From NCBI GenBank assembly GCA_050011755.1, contig JBEKIM010000005.1:8007-72006 (forward strand): a stretch of 64,000 nucleotides of DNA, in the 5' to 3' direction. A model generated the notes under the pieces. That model was not told the origin of the DNA, did no database searches, and worked only from the letters and a program-made list of their open reading frames with translations. Source of the stretch: Bryobacteraceae bacterium (GTDB lineage Bacteria > Acidobacteriota > Terriglobia > Bryobacterales > Bryobacteraceae). Shown here one piece after another: positions 54,300-62,949 of this stretch (the stretch's first letter is position 1; the number at the start of each line of letters is the position of its first letter). The position numbers and the translations under genes were made by a program.

Positions 54300-54725
54300 T
54301 TGAACGCCCGAGCAAAACGACTTTTCGAAGAAGCCCGCAAGAAGAATCCCGATTTCAAGATGCCTTCCGAGACCGCTCCCGCCGCCGAGCTCTCCGAAGA
54401 AGATTTGGCACTGATCAAACAGGGAGTTGGCGATAAAAGCAGCCGCGCCGGCGGGCAGGGCGCCGCGGATGGTGGCGCCGGGGATGGACCGCGCGAGCAG
54501 ATTGGCTCCGTGGTTACCTACTTTGAAGCCAAGGGTTTTGGCTTCCTTCGTCCAGACGATGGTGGCCGCGACGTGTTCTTCCATGTTTCACGCCTGGCCG
54601 AAGGCGATCCGACCACCTTAAAGCCTGGCACTAGACTGATTTACGAACTCGGCATGGATCGTACGGGTAAACTGGCCGCCAGTAGCGTACGCATCGCCCC
54701 ACCTGCTACTACTCCTACAGAATAG
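54300..54725 (+). CDS. Cold-shock domain protein with a 70-aa N-terminal extension
   Basis: The C-terminal part GSVVTYFEAKGFGFLRPDDGGRDVFFHVSRL carries RNP1-like KGFGF and RNP2-like VFFHV. The start is TTG with AAAGGAA upstream. An internal ATG (residue 21) is an alternative. Confidence 0.72.
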   Translation: MNARAKRLFEEARKKNPDFKMPSETAPAAELSEEDLALIKQGVGDKSSRAGGQGAADGGAGDGPREQIGSVVTYFEAKGFGFLRPDDGGRDVFFHVSRLAEGDPTTLKPGTRLIYELGMDRTGKLAASSVRIAPPATTPTE

Positions 54726-54772
54726 CGTCAGGTCATTAGCCTAAATGGTTTGTTTTCTTTGTTTGGCTGGAA

Positions 54773-54823
54773 GACCCTGCCCTTTCGGGCGCCGGGGAGG
54801 TTGCTTCAGGGGTCTTTTTATTT
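54773..54823 (+). terminator. Rho-independent terminator after the cold-shock-domain gene
   Basis: The stem GACCCTG ... CAGGGGTC (one bulge) encloses the inner hairpin GCCC-TTTC-GGGC and is followed by TTTTTATTT. Confidence 0.55.
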
Positions 54824-54916
54824 AGAGGTTAGTCTCGCTTTGGTGGGAGTTGCCTCCCCGGCTTAATTCCAATATTAGAATATCCCGATTCTGAAAGCAA
54901 CTGTTTTTTGTATTTT

Positions 54917-54946
54917 TTGGACGCTGTGCGCCAAAAATGTAAAAAT
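54917..54946 (+). promoter_or_regulatory. Sigma-70-like promoter motif in an AT-rich spacer (speculative)
   Basis: TTGGAC, 17 nt, then TAAAAAT. No annotated forward-strand gene follows. Transcription would run into the hairpin repeat at 55027-55070. Confidence 0.25.
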
Positions 54947-55026
54947 CGGTACTGTCCGTCGCTACAGCCAGCCGTCTCCAGCTCCGGTTCTACGCCATTT
55001 CATAGACACTTGGTGGACCGCAGGCC

Positions 55027-55070
55027 GTGGCGCACGCTTTAAGCGTGCCGGCGGGACTTTTAAGTCCCGC
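55027..55070. repeat. Mosaic hairpin repeat, locus h
   Basis: GTGGCGCACGCTTTAAGCGTGCCGGCGGGACTTTTAAGTCCCGC is the core with a 1-nt insertion in the first loop. It is preceded by TGGTGGACCGCAGGCC, as at loci e and i. Confidence 0.85.
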
Positions 55071-55084
55071 TTCCGCCGGCTGCG

Positions 55085-57243
55085 CTACTCCAGCGCCAGC
55101 TTGTATAGCACGCCCGCGCCGGCCTCTCCCCCGTCCCCGGTGATTCCGTAGAGGCTGCCAGCCTGTTCGAGGATGCCATTCGCGCCGGGGAAGGACCTAT
55201 CGAGGCCGCCTGTAAAGCTATGCAGTAGGGTGTAATGGCCGGACAGGTCGAGTTCGTAGACCACGCCGCAGCCGGTAAACGAACAATTCATCAACCCGCC
55301 GCCGGACGTGGTCCCGTAGAGGTTGCCCGCCGCATCGCGCACCACGCCCGCCAGCGGAGAGCTCAAATCCACTCCGGCGAACCGGAACAGCACCGTGAAA
55401 TTGCCGGCGGCATCCAGCCTGTACAAAGTACCGACACCCCCGCCGCCGCTGCTCGTGGTACCGTACAGGTCGCCCTCGCCGTCGCGGATCACTCCCGCGA
55501 AGGGGCAGGCCCCATCGAACTATGCGGCAGGGTCTCCCGGCCGGAAGAGTCCAATTTGAAGACCACGCGCTCCTGCAGGCCCGTCTGGCCACCGGCTCCG
55601 CCAAACGCGGCTGTCCCATAGAGATTGCCGGCCGTGTCGAGCGCCACGCCGGCCTCGGGGTTGCCGCCGTCCCCGCCGCCGGTGAAGCTGTGCAGTACGG
55701 TCTCATGTCCAGACGCGTCGATCTCGTATACCACGCCCAAGTCCGCGGAACCGCCCTGAAATGTGGTTCCATAGCCCCCCCTGCCGAATTGCTGGCCAAG
55801 GCTCCCAAGGGGTTCCCACCGTCCGCGCCGCCCGTGAAGCTATAAATCGTCTTGACGCGGCCGGACGGCCCCACCTTAAATAGCGCGCCCGCGTTCCACG
55901 AACCACCCATTTCTGCCGTGCCGTACAGGCTTCCGGCGTCCCAGAGAACTGTGGAACCTACGGTCCCGCCGGGCGCGCCAGGTAGCGCGTAAAGCCGATC
56001 CATCTGCCCGGAGGCCTGCACCTCGTACACCATGCCAGCCAAGCCCCCGTAAGGTGTGGCGCCAAAGATGTCGCCCGCGGCGTCGAGCACGCCCCTGGGT
56101 TCGGGCCGGCCGTTCCGTCCGGCGCGCCGGCTATGTCCAATCCCGGATTGGAGGCACCCGGAAACTTGTAAAGTACGGTGAGATGCCCTATCGTATCCAC
56201 TTTGTACACCACGCCGTAGTGCGCCTGGGTCTCCTGACTGCCCCCGGGGGGAACGGTCGTGCCGTTGAGATTGCCGGAGGCATCCCGGGCCACGCCGCCA
56301 GTGGTCGAGATCGGAAACGTCGCCAGCACAGTAAATTGCCCACTTGGAGACAGCTTGTACACGCAGTTAGCGGTACCGTACAGGTTGCCCGACGAATCGA
56401 GGACCACGCCGGATTCCGGGTTACTCGCGCGCCCAGGAAACGTGTGCAACACCGTCTCGACGCCCGACGGGTCTACCTTGTACACTACCCCGGTGTTGGC
56501 AGGAGCGCCTCCCAGAAAGCCCCCGAATTTGATGGTTCCGTACAAGTTACCCGACGCGTCTGCGCTCAACCCGCTGTAAGGGCTGGCGCCGTCGGCTCCG
56601 CCCGTGAAACTATGCAGCACCGTCTCCCGGCCCAAGGGACTCAACCTGTAAACGACTCCTAACCCGGGCCCCCCCAATCGTAGGTCGTCCCGTATAAGTT
56701 ACCAGCCGAATCGAGCGTAACGCCCGCATAGGGGTTGCCGCCATCGGTCCCCCCGCTGAACGCATACAGGACGGTCTCCTGACCGGAGGCGTCCAGCTTG
56801 AACACCACGCCGGCGTTCTCACTCCAGCCGAAGTAAGTAGTTCCATAAAGGTTGCCGGCCGGATCAAGTGTCACGCCGGCGTACGGCTTGGCCCCGTCGC
56901 TTCCGCCCAGGAAGCTGTACAGCGCCTTGTATCCGGATGCATTAAGCCGAAACACTACGCCCACGTTACCGGCGCCGCCCTGATATGTGGTTCCGTAGAG
57001 GTTCCCAGCGGAATCCCGGATCAGAGTAGCGTAGGGGTTGGCACCGTTCGGGAAATCGCCGAAAGTGTGGACCACCGTCTCGGTAGCCGCTTTGGCTTGC
57101 GCTACCGCCATTGCCGCCACAACGCACGCCAGCCAGAGCCGGGTGGCGCGTGGGCCAGCCCAGCGGGTCCGCGCGGGAATAACTTCCCGGACAGGCTGTA
57201 TGATGTCCGCTCTACGTCGCATATTTGAACCGCCTTGGATCAA
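55085..57243 (-). pseudogene. Secreted tandem-repeat (GloVer-type, about 48-aa unit) protein gene interrupted by four -1 frameshifts
   Basis: Five reverse-strand ORF pieces carry the same unit ...LHSFTGG.DG..P.AG...D.AGNLYGTT..GG..G.GVV[FY]KL...G.ETVL. The pieces are 57243-56659, 56677-about 56095, 56090-about 55780, about 55800-55489 and 55492-55085. The frame index (high coordinate mod 3) goes 0,1,2,0,1. The N-terminal signal is ...RLWLACVVAAMAVAQAKA. Confidence 0.7.
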
Positions 57244-57652
57244 TTATAGGATGTCCGCTGCCCAGCGCTCGAAGCTCACGAGGCGCTCACACGCCCTCCG
57301 CCAGAGCCTGGCTACGCGTATCACGGCTTTCGCGGAAGCACGAAAACCGTCCAGCTGTTGCATGACCAGATTGTAGTGACTAACCGATTCGCTGTCAACG
57401 GGTTTACATACCTCTATATCTTTCTTAACCGAATTACGCCTCGGTAACTTCCATTAGTAACATGTAACTCATAGTTATAGGACTCGTTACCTTTGCCGGC
57501 GATCGAATGTGGACACTCTCTACATAGATCGACAACAGGCTGTAGCGAAGTCGATACCTGCGCCTTCCCGCCAAACAGGCGGAGCCTCGCGCGCTCAGGC
57601 CGGCCTGGTGCGGAACGGGACGCAATGCTGCGCACTGGAGCGCGCTCTGCAT

Positions 57653-57670
57653 TACGATATGCATATCGTA
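57653..57670. promoter_or_regulatory. Perfect 18-bp palindrome upstream of the glycosidase gene (candidate operator)
   Basis: TACGATATGCATATCGTA is its own reverse complement. It ends 32 nt upstream of ATG 57703 and 20 nt upstream of the AGGAG ribosome-binding site. Confidence 0.45.
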
Positions 57671-57702
57671 TGTTTTCAGGCGTAACCCCTAGGAGCACCC
57701 AC

Positions 57703-59316
57703 ATGCCCTCGACTTCCACCGTTCTCACCGCTCTGGCCGTCGTAACTATGGCCGCGGCCTTTCCCGTGCAAGTGCCCGCGCAGGTCAAGCAGAGCCCAAT
57801 CCCCCGCATCGTGAAAAAAGACGCACGCTTCGCCCTCTTTGTGGACGACGCCCCTTACCTGATTTTGGGCGCCCAGGTGCATAACTCCAGCGACTGGCCC
57901 GCTATGTCCGCGAAAGTCTGGCCCGCCATGGAGTATCTCAACGTTAACACCGTTGAAATTCCGGTTTACTGGGAACAGTTCGAGCCCAGGCCCGGGCAGT
58001 ACGACTACACCGCGATCGACAGACTCCTGACCGAAGCGCGCCAGCATCGCGTCCGCCTGGTGCTGCTCTGGTTTGGAACCTGGAAGAACGGCAGCCAGCA
58101 CTATATGCCCGAGTGGATGAAACTAGCCCCCGACCGCTATCCGCACATGGTCGATAAGGACGCGCATCCGGTGGACTCCCCTTCGCCCTACGCCGCCGCC
58201 TCGCTCGAAGCGGATAAGGCTGCGTTCACCGCGTTCATGCGCCATCTGAAAGCCGCCGACCCGCAGCGCACCGTCATCATGGTCCAGGTGGAGAACGAGC
58301 CAGGCACCTGGGGCAGCGTGCGCGATTATTCGCCGGCCGCACAGAAACTCTTCGAATCGCCCGTGCCGCCCGAGATTTTGAAGGCGATGCAGGTGAAGGC
58401 CGCGCCGCCCTCCGCGAACTGGCAGGAAGCCTTTGGGCCGGAGGGCGAGGTTTGTTTCCACGCGTGGTCGGTCGCGAAATATGTGGGACAAGTGGCTGCC
58501 GCCGGAAAAGCCGTTTATCCGCTGCCGCTCTATGCGAATGCGGCTCTGCGCGATCCGCTCAAGCCGGGCGCGCCCGGCAGTTACGAGAGCGGCGGCCCTA
58601 CCGATAACGTGCTGCCCATCTGGAAGGTCGCGGCGCCTGCCCTCGATATTCTGGCGCCCGATATTTATGAGAGCAACGACGCCGCATATCTCAAGGTTCT
58701 GGAACTCTATCACCGCGACGACAACCCGCTATTCGTGCCCGAGACCGCCGGCGAGGGCAAGGCTCGCTTCTTCTTTGCGGCGCTGGGACTGCAGGCCATC
58801 GGATATTCGCCCTTCGGCATGGATTACACGCGGAACCGCAGCGCCGAAGAAGAATCCAAACCGCGGGAGGAGTTCCTAACTCCCTGGGCCATGAACTATA
58901 AGTTAGTCGGCCCCATGCAGCGGGAAGTCGCCCGCCTCAATTTCGAAGGCAAGTTACAGGCCGTGGCGGAGCAAAAAGACAAGATCACCGAGACGTTGTC
59001 GTTTGGCCCTTGGAACGCGGTAGTGTCGTACGGGGCGTCGCGCAACAATCGCGCCGTCGGGAACAAGCAACCCGCGGGACGCGTCCTGGTCGCACAGCTC
59101 AAGGACAACCAGTTTCTGGTGGCCGGATATCATTGCCGCGTCGACTTCAGTCCGGCTGCCGCCGGCCAACACCGGCAGTTCCTGCGTGTCGATGAAGGGA
59201 CCTATGAGAACGGCGTGTTCAAGTTCCTGCGCATCTGGAATGGCGACGAGACAGACTGGGGACTCAATTTCGGCGCGGAACCAGTGGTGTTGCACGTCTC
59301 GCTGGCCACGTACTAA
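57703..59316 (+). CDS. Exported clan GH-A TIM-barrel glycoside hydrolase, beta-galactosidase-like (GH35/GH42-like N-domain, DUF5597-type architecture)
   Basis: The run ...APYLILGAQVHNSS...LNVNTVEIPVYWEQFEPRPGQYDYTAIDRLL...LVLLWFGTWKNG...IMVQVENEPG carries the NEP acid/base motif. Start set to ATG 57703 (MPSTSTVLTALAVVTMAAAFPVQVPAQ signal, AGGAG 7 nt upstream). The track start 57493 is unlikely. Confidence 0.72.
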   Translation: MPSTSTVLTALAVVTMAAAFPVQVPAQVKQSPIPRIVKKDARFALFVDDAPYLILGAQVHNSSDWPAMSAKVWPAMEYLNVNTVEIPVYWEQFEPRPGQYDYTAIDRLLTEARQHRVRLVLLWFGTWKNGSQHYMPEWMKLAPDRYPHMVDKDAHPVDSPSPYAAASLEADKAAFTAFMRHLKAADPQRTVIMVQVENEPGTWGSVRDYSPAAQKLFESPVPPEILKAMQVKAAPPSANWQEAFGPEGEVCFHAWSVAKYVGQVAAAGKAVYPLPLYANAALRDPLKPGAPGSYESGGPTDNVLPIWKVAAPALDILAPDIYESNDAAYLKVLELYHRDDNPLFVPETAGEGKARFFFAALGLQAIGYSPFGMDYTRNRSAEEESKPREEFLTPWAMNYKLVGPMQREVARLNFEGKLQAVAEQKDKITETLSFGPWNAVVSYGASRNNRAVGNKQPAGRVLVAQLKDNQFLVAGYHCRVDFSPAAAGQHRQFLRVDEGTYENGVFKFLRIWNGDETDWGLNFGAEPVVLHVSLATY

Positions 59317-59468
59317 GTTCATCGAAATTTGGAGGGCGGGCAATCCTGCCCGCAGCCGGCTTTTAGCCGGCTCCTGGACTTTGGACTCTGGTGGGGCCAC
59401 CCGTGGCGCGCGCTTCAGCGTGCCGGCGGGACTTTAAGTCCCACTTCAGCCGGCTTTTAGCCGGCTCT
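59317..59468. repeat. Mosaic hairpin repeat, locus i (between convergent glycosidase genes)
   Basis: The element reads GTTCATCGAAATTTGGAGGGCGGGCAATCCTGCCCGC, AGCCGGCTTTTAGCCGGCT, CCTGGACTTTGGACTCTGGTGGGGCCACCC, GTGGCGCGCGCTTCAGCGTGCCGGCGGGACTTTAAGTCCCAC, then TTCAGCCGGCTTTTAGCCGGCT. Confidence 0.85.
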
Positions 59469-59512
59469 TGCCATGTCACTCATCGCCGCGCGAAAGTGGA
59501 CATCACGATGCT

Positions 59513-61579
59513 TCAGCGAACCGGGACGAGCCGTATGGCGCTGCCCCCGCCCGGCGCCAGTTTCAACTTCAAAACCGTGCGGGAATTGACCTGGCGTTTC
59601 TCGAAAATCGAATCTTTGGGCTGCGTCGCGGCTGCCGGTCCGTCGGCGTAGATCTCGGCATTGTACGCGCCATTCCCCAGAAACGTCAGCGGCACGTCGA
59701 GCTCTCTTGCATCCCAATTTGTGATGCTGCCGACAAACCATTCAGACCCATGCCGCCGTGCGATAGTGATGTACTGCGGCGGCACGCCGTTCAGAACGCG
59801 GGTCTCGTCCCAACTGGCCGGAACCGCCTTCAGGAATTCCGTCTCTTTCTGGCCATCGTAGGCATCCGGGGAATCCGAGACCATCTGCAAGCCGCTCTCG
59901 AAAACGACGTATAGCGCGGTTTGATGAATGCGCGTGCCCATCACCATAGGCGCCACATTGCGCGCGACGAAGTCCTCGCGCGTCACGTTGTCGAAGCCGC
60001 CGGGCGTATAGTCCATGGGTCCCGCCAACATCCGGGTGAAGGCCAGAGTTACATTGTGCGTGGGAGTCTCTCGCGCGCTCCACTTGTTGTACTCGGCGCC
60101 CATGACGCCCTCACGCGTGAGCACGTTGGGATACGTGCGTGTCATCCCATCCGGCTTGAACGCGCCGTGGAAGTCAACCATCAGGTGGTGTTCCGCCGCT
60201 TTCTGCGCGGCGGTCCGGTACCAGTTCACCATGGACTGATCCGTGCGGTCCATGAAGTCGATCTTCACGCCGGCGATGCCCCACTTCTCGTACTGCCCGA
60301 AGGCGTCGGCCATCTGATCGTACATGTCCCGAAAATGAGCCCATAGCCAGATGCGGACCCCCTTGGATTTGGCGTACTCGACCAGCATCGGCATATCGAT
60401 GGCCGCAATGGTCTTGGTCAGGTCGGACCGGCCGCGCCGCGAGTAGCCCGACGAACCGGGCGTCGCCGGCAGGCTAGCCGACCAGCCGGCGTCGATCAGC
60501 ATGTACTCGAACTTGTTGCGCGCGGCAAAGTCGATGTAGAACTTCATGGTTTCGTTGTTCATGCCGGCTTTGGCAACGCCCTTGGCACGGCTGCCGTTCC
60601 ACCAGTCCCAGGCGGTCTTGCCCGGCTTAATCCAGGACGTGTCTCCGATGGCACTCGGCGGATTCAAGTTGAGCACCATGTTCGATTCCACCAGACGTCC
60701 GGGTTGATCCGCGATCATCAGTACGCGCCAGCCCGATTTCACGGGAGGTTGCGCGATCACCGATACCTTCTGGGCGTCCGAACGGGGGTCGAAAGACGGG
60801 GCGGTCGCCGCGGACGTGTTCACGTCCTCCACGCGGGTCGCCAGGCGCGGCGCCAACGTCTGGCCGTCGAACGCAGTCACGAACAGGTTGGGATAGTTTT
60901 CCAAATCCGCTTCGGTCAAACCGACCCAGGCGACTCCAGGCACTTCCAAAAGAAGCGGGAGGTTGACGAGGTACTCGGGATGCAATCCGCCGATCGTCAA
61001 CTCGTGATAGTCGTCCTCGTTGCTGGTCTGAAATCCGCGCGAAATGAGAGCGAAAGTGTTGGCGTCCTTAGAAAAGCGGAACTGCGTGGCCTCGTTCAGG
61101 ATGCGCAGTTCCGTGACGGAGGGCTGCTCTGGAACGATGTAGCGGAAGGCGATGCCGTCGTCGTATGCGCGAGCTTCGACGGTGAGGCGGCGGCCGGCAG
61201 CCCCCATCTCGACGGTCTGTACGGTAACGGCCTTGAAATGATCGCGGATGGAACTGGCTTTGCCTGAGATCGGCGTCCAGGTTTCGTCGTGGCTGGATAA
61301 CTGCGACGACTCTATCCGGATAGCTGGACCCAGCGCGGGGGATCCCTCGATTTCGAGGCCGAGGTTCGACCACCGTAGGACTGGCTGACCGCGAAAATCG
61401 ACGCGATACGCGAGTTGACCGCCCGCCGCCTGGACGGACTGGCCTTTTACCGTGGCGATCGAAATCTCCAGCGCCCCGTCCGGCGACTTGAGCGCCACCG
61501 GTTCCGTTTGCGCCGTGGCCGTGACCACGGCCAAGAGCAGAGGGAACGCGATTCTGACGACTTTCAGATCGTAAAACAT
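59513..61579 (-). CDS. Glycoside hydrolase family 97 (alpha-glucosidase/alpha-galactosidase type), exported
   Basis: The motif run ...GIAGVKIDFMDRTDQSMVNWY...HLMVDFHGAFKPDGMTRTYPNVLTREGVMGAEYNKW... matches the family. Start set to ATG 61579 (MFYDLKVVRIAFPLLLAVVTATAQ, AAGGGAGAA upstream). Confidence 0.85.
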   Translation of the reverse strand: MFYDLKVVRIAFPLLLAVVTATAQTEPVALKSPDGALEISIATVKGQSVQAAGGQLAYRVDFRGQPVLRWSNLGLEIEGSPALGPAIRIESSQLSSHDETWTPISGKASSIRDHFKAVTVQTVEMGAAGRRLTVEARAYDDGIAFRYIVPEQPSVTELRILNEATQFRFSKDANTFALISRGFQTSNEDDYHELTIGGLHPEYLVNLPLLLEVPGVAWVGLTEADLENYPNLFVTAFDGQTLAPRLATRVEDVNTSAATAPSFDPRSDAQKVSVIAQPPVKSGWRVLMIADQPGRLVESNMVLNLNPPSAIGDTSWIKPGKTAWDWWNGSRAKGVAKAGMNNETMKFYIDFAARNKFEYMLIDAGWSASLPATPGSSGYSRRGRSDLTKTIAAIDMPMLVEYAKSKGVRIWLWAHFRDMYDQMADAFGQYEKWGIAGVKIDFMDRTDQSMVNWYRTAAQKAAEHHLMVDFHGAFKPDGMTRTYPNVLTREGVMGAEYNKWSARETPTHNVTLAFTRMLAGPMDYTPGGFDNVTREDFVARNVAPMVMGTRIHQTALYVVFESGLQMVSDSPDAYDGQKETEFLKAVPASWDETRVLNGVPPQYITIARRHGSEWFVGSITNWDARELDVPLTFLGNGAYNAEIYADGPAAATQPKDSIFEKRQVNSRTVLKLKLAPGGGSAIRLVPVR

Positions 61580-61635
61580 GTTCTCCCTTAGACTAGTACA
61601 CGGCACGGCTCGGAAGGCGGCAGCCCGAAGATAAA

Positions 61636-62949
61636 TTGGCATGGCGTTGCAGCGATGCTATAAAATACGTCTTGAGCGAAACCGGCGTTTCTTCGCGGAA
61701 CAGGTTGCGCACTGCCCTGGAACACCGCGAACCGGATCGGATTCCGCTGGATTTCGGCAGCACCGCCGTAACGGGTGTGCACGTGAGTTGCATAGCGGCT
61801 CTGCGCCGCTACTACGGGCTATCTCCGGGGCCGGTAAAGGTGCACGAACCCTACCAGATGTTGGGCCTGGTGGAAGACGATCTGCGCGCGGCGATGGGCA
61901 TCGACGTCACCGGCGTGTTCCCGCGCAAGACCATGTTCGGCTCGTCCGCCGCGGACTGGAAAGAATGGAACTTTCGCGGCCTGGACGTGCTGGTGCCGAC
62001 GGATTTCCGCATCACCACCGAGCCGGACGGCGACATCCTGATTTATCCGGAAGGGGACCGGACGGCGGCGCCCAGCGCCCGCATGCCGATGGGCAGCGCG
62101 TTCTTCGACACCATCGTCCGGCAGCCGGAAATCGACGAAGAAAAACTCGATCCGGCGGACAACCTGGAAGAGTTTTCGCCCGTTTCCGAAGAAGACCTGG
62201 GGCACCTCCAGCGCTCCGCGCGCGGGGCCCGGTTGAGCGGCTACGGTGTGGCCGCGTCGTTCGGCGGTACGGCATTCGGCGATATCGCGCTGGTGCCGGC
62301 GCCGTTTCTGAAGAACCCGAAAGGCATTCGGGACGTCACCGAATGGTACATCTCCACGCGCACCCGGCGCGGCTACATCCACAGCATCTTCGAGCGGCAG
62401 TGCGAAATCGGCATCGCGAATCTGGCGCGGATTCATGCGCGCATCGGCGATGCGGTCGACTGCGTGTTTCTCTGCGGCACCGATTTTGGCACGCAGACAT
62501 CCGCGTTCTGCTCGGTCGGCACCTTCCGCGAACTGTGGTTCCCCTATTACAAGCGCGTCAACGATTGGGTGCACGCCCACACTTCGTGGAAGTGTTTCAA
62601 ACATTCCTGCGGCAGCGTGGAGCGATTCTTCGAGAGCTTCATCGAAGCCGGGTTCGACATTATCAATCCGGTGCAGTGCTCGGCGGCCGGAATGGAGCCG
62701 GCCGAATTGAAGCGCAAGTACGGAGCGCGCCTGGTGTTCTGGGGCGGCGGCGTGGACACCCAGAAGACCCTGCCCTTCGGTACGCCGCAACAGGTGCGCG
62801 AGGAAGTGCTGCGGCGCTGCGAGATCTTCGCGCCCGGCGGTGGTTTCGTTTTCAACGCGATCCACAATTTGCAGGCCGGCACTCCCGTGGAGAATCTCGT
62901 CGCCATGCTCGATGCCGTCCACGAATTCAACGGAGTTGCGCATGCCTGA
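61636..62949 (+). CDS. Uroporphyrinogen decarboxylase (URO-D) family methyltransferase-like protein
   Basis: The N-terminal part reads ...RLRTALEHREPDRIPLDFG. The C-terminal part reads ...VFWGGGVDTQKTLPFGTPQQVREEVLRRCEIFAPGGGFVFNAIHNLQAGTPVENLVAML. The start is uncertain (TTG 61636 or TTG 61672). The stop overlaps the next ATG (ATGCCTGA). Confidence 0.75.
   Translation: MAWRCSDAIKYVLSETGVSSRNRLRTALEHREPDRIPLDFGSTAVTGVHVSCIAALRRYYGLSPGPVKVHEPYQMLGLVEDDLRAAMGIDVTGVFPRKTMFGSSAADWKEWNFRGLDVLVPTDFRITTEPDGDILIYPEGDRTAAPSARMPMGSAFFDTIVRQPEIDEEKLDPADNLEEFSPVSEEDLGHLQRSARGARLSGYGVAASFGGTAFGDIALVPAPFLKNPKGIRDVTEWYISTRTRRGYIHSIFERQCEIGIANLARIHARIGDAVDCVFLCGTDFGTQTSAFCSVGTFRELWFPYYKRVNDWVHAHTSWKCFKHSCGSVERFFESFIEAGFDIINPVQCSAAGMEPAELKRKYGARLVFWGGGVDTQKTLPFGTPQQVREEVLRRCEIFAPGGGFVFNAIHNLQAGTPVENLVAMLDAVHEFNGVAHA

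Noticed and set aside
55775-56675. I considered whether the two C7/G7 tracts in the GloVer gene are programmed phase-variation switches.
   Set aside because: This is not dismissed entirely, but it is unsupported. There are four independent lesions, one of which is not in a homopolymer. A single tract change could therefore not restore the frame. Decay or sequencing error is more parsimonious.
57246-57362. A 38-codon reverse-strand ORF (MQQLDGFRASAKAVIRVARLWRRACERLVSFERWAADIL) lies just upstream of the GloVer gene.
   Set aside because: It is too short, has no recognisable ribosome-binding site, and shows no family resemblance that I can support. It might be a gene fragment, but this cannot be argued from sequence alone.
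57414-57809. ORF 57414-57809 (-, 131 aa) and the N-terminal 70 codons of track ORF 57493-59316 lie in the AT-rich spacer.
   Set aside because: No motifs or ribosome-binding sites are present. The glycosidase has a clear signal peptide and an AGGAG site at ATG 57703, so the upstream extension and the antisense ORF are unlikely to be real.
7832-59468. I considered whether the recurring hairpin repeats could be a CRISPR array or arrays.
   Set aside because: The copies are scattered singly over 50 kb and are not regularly spaced with unique spacers. The modules vary in order and orientation, and no cas genes are present.
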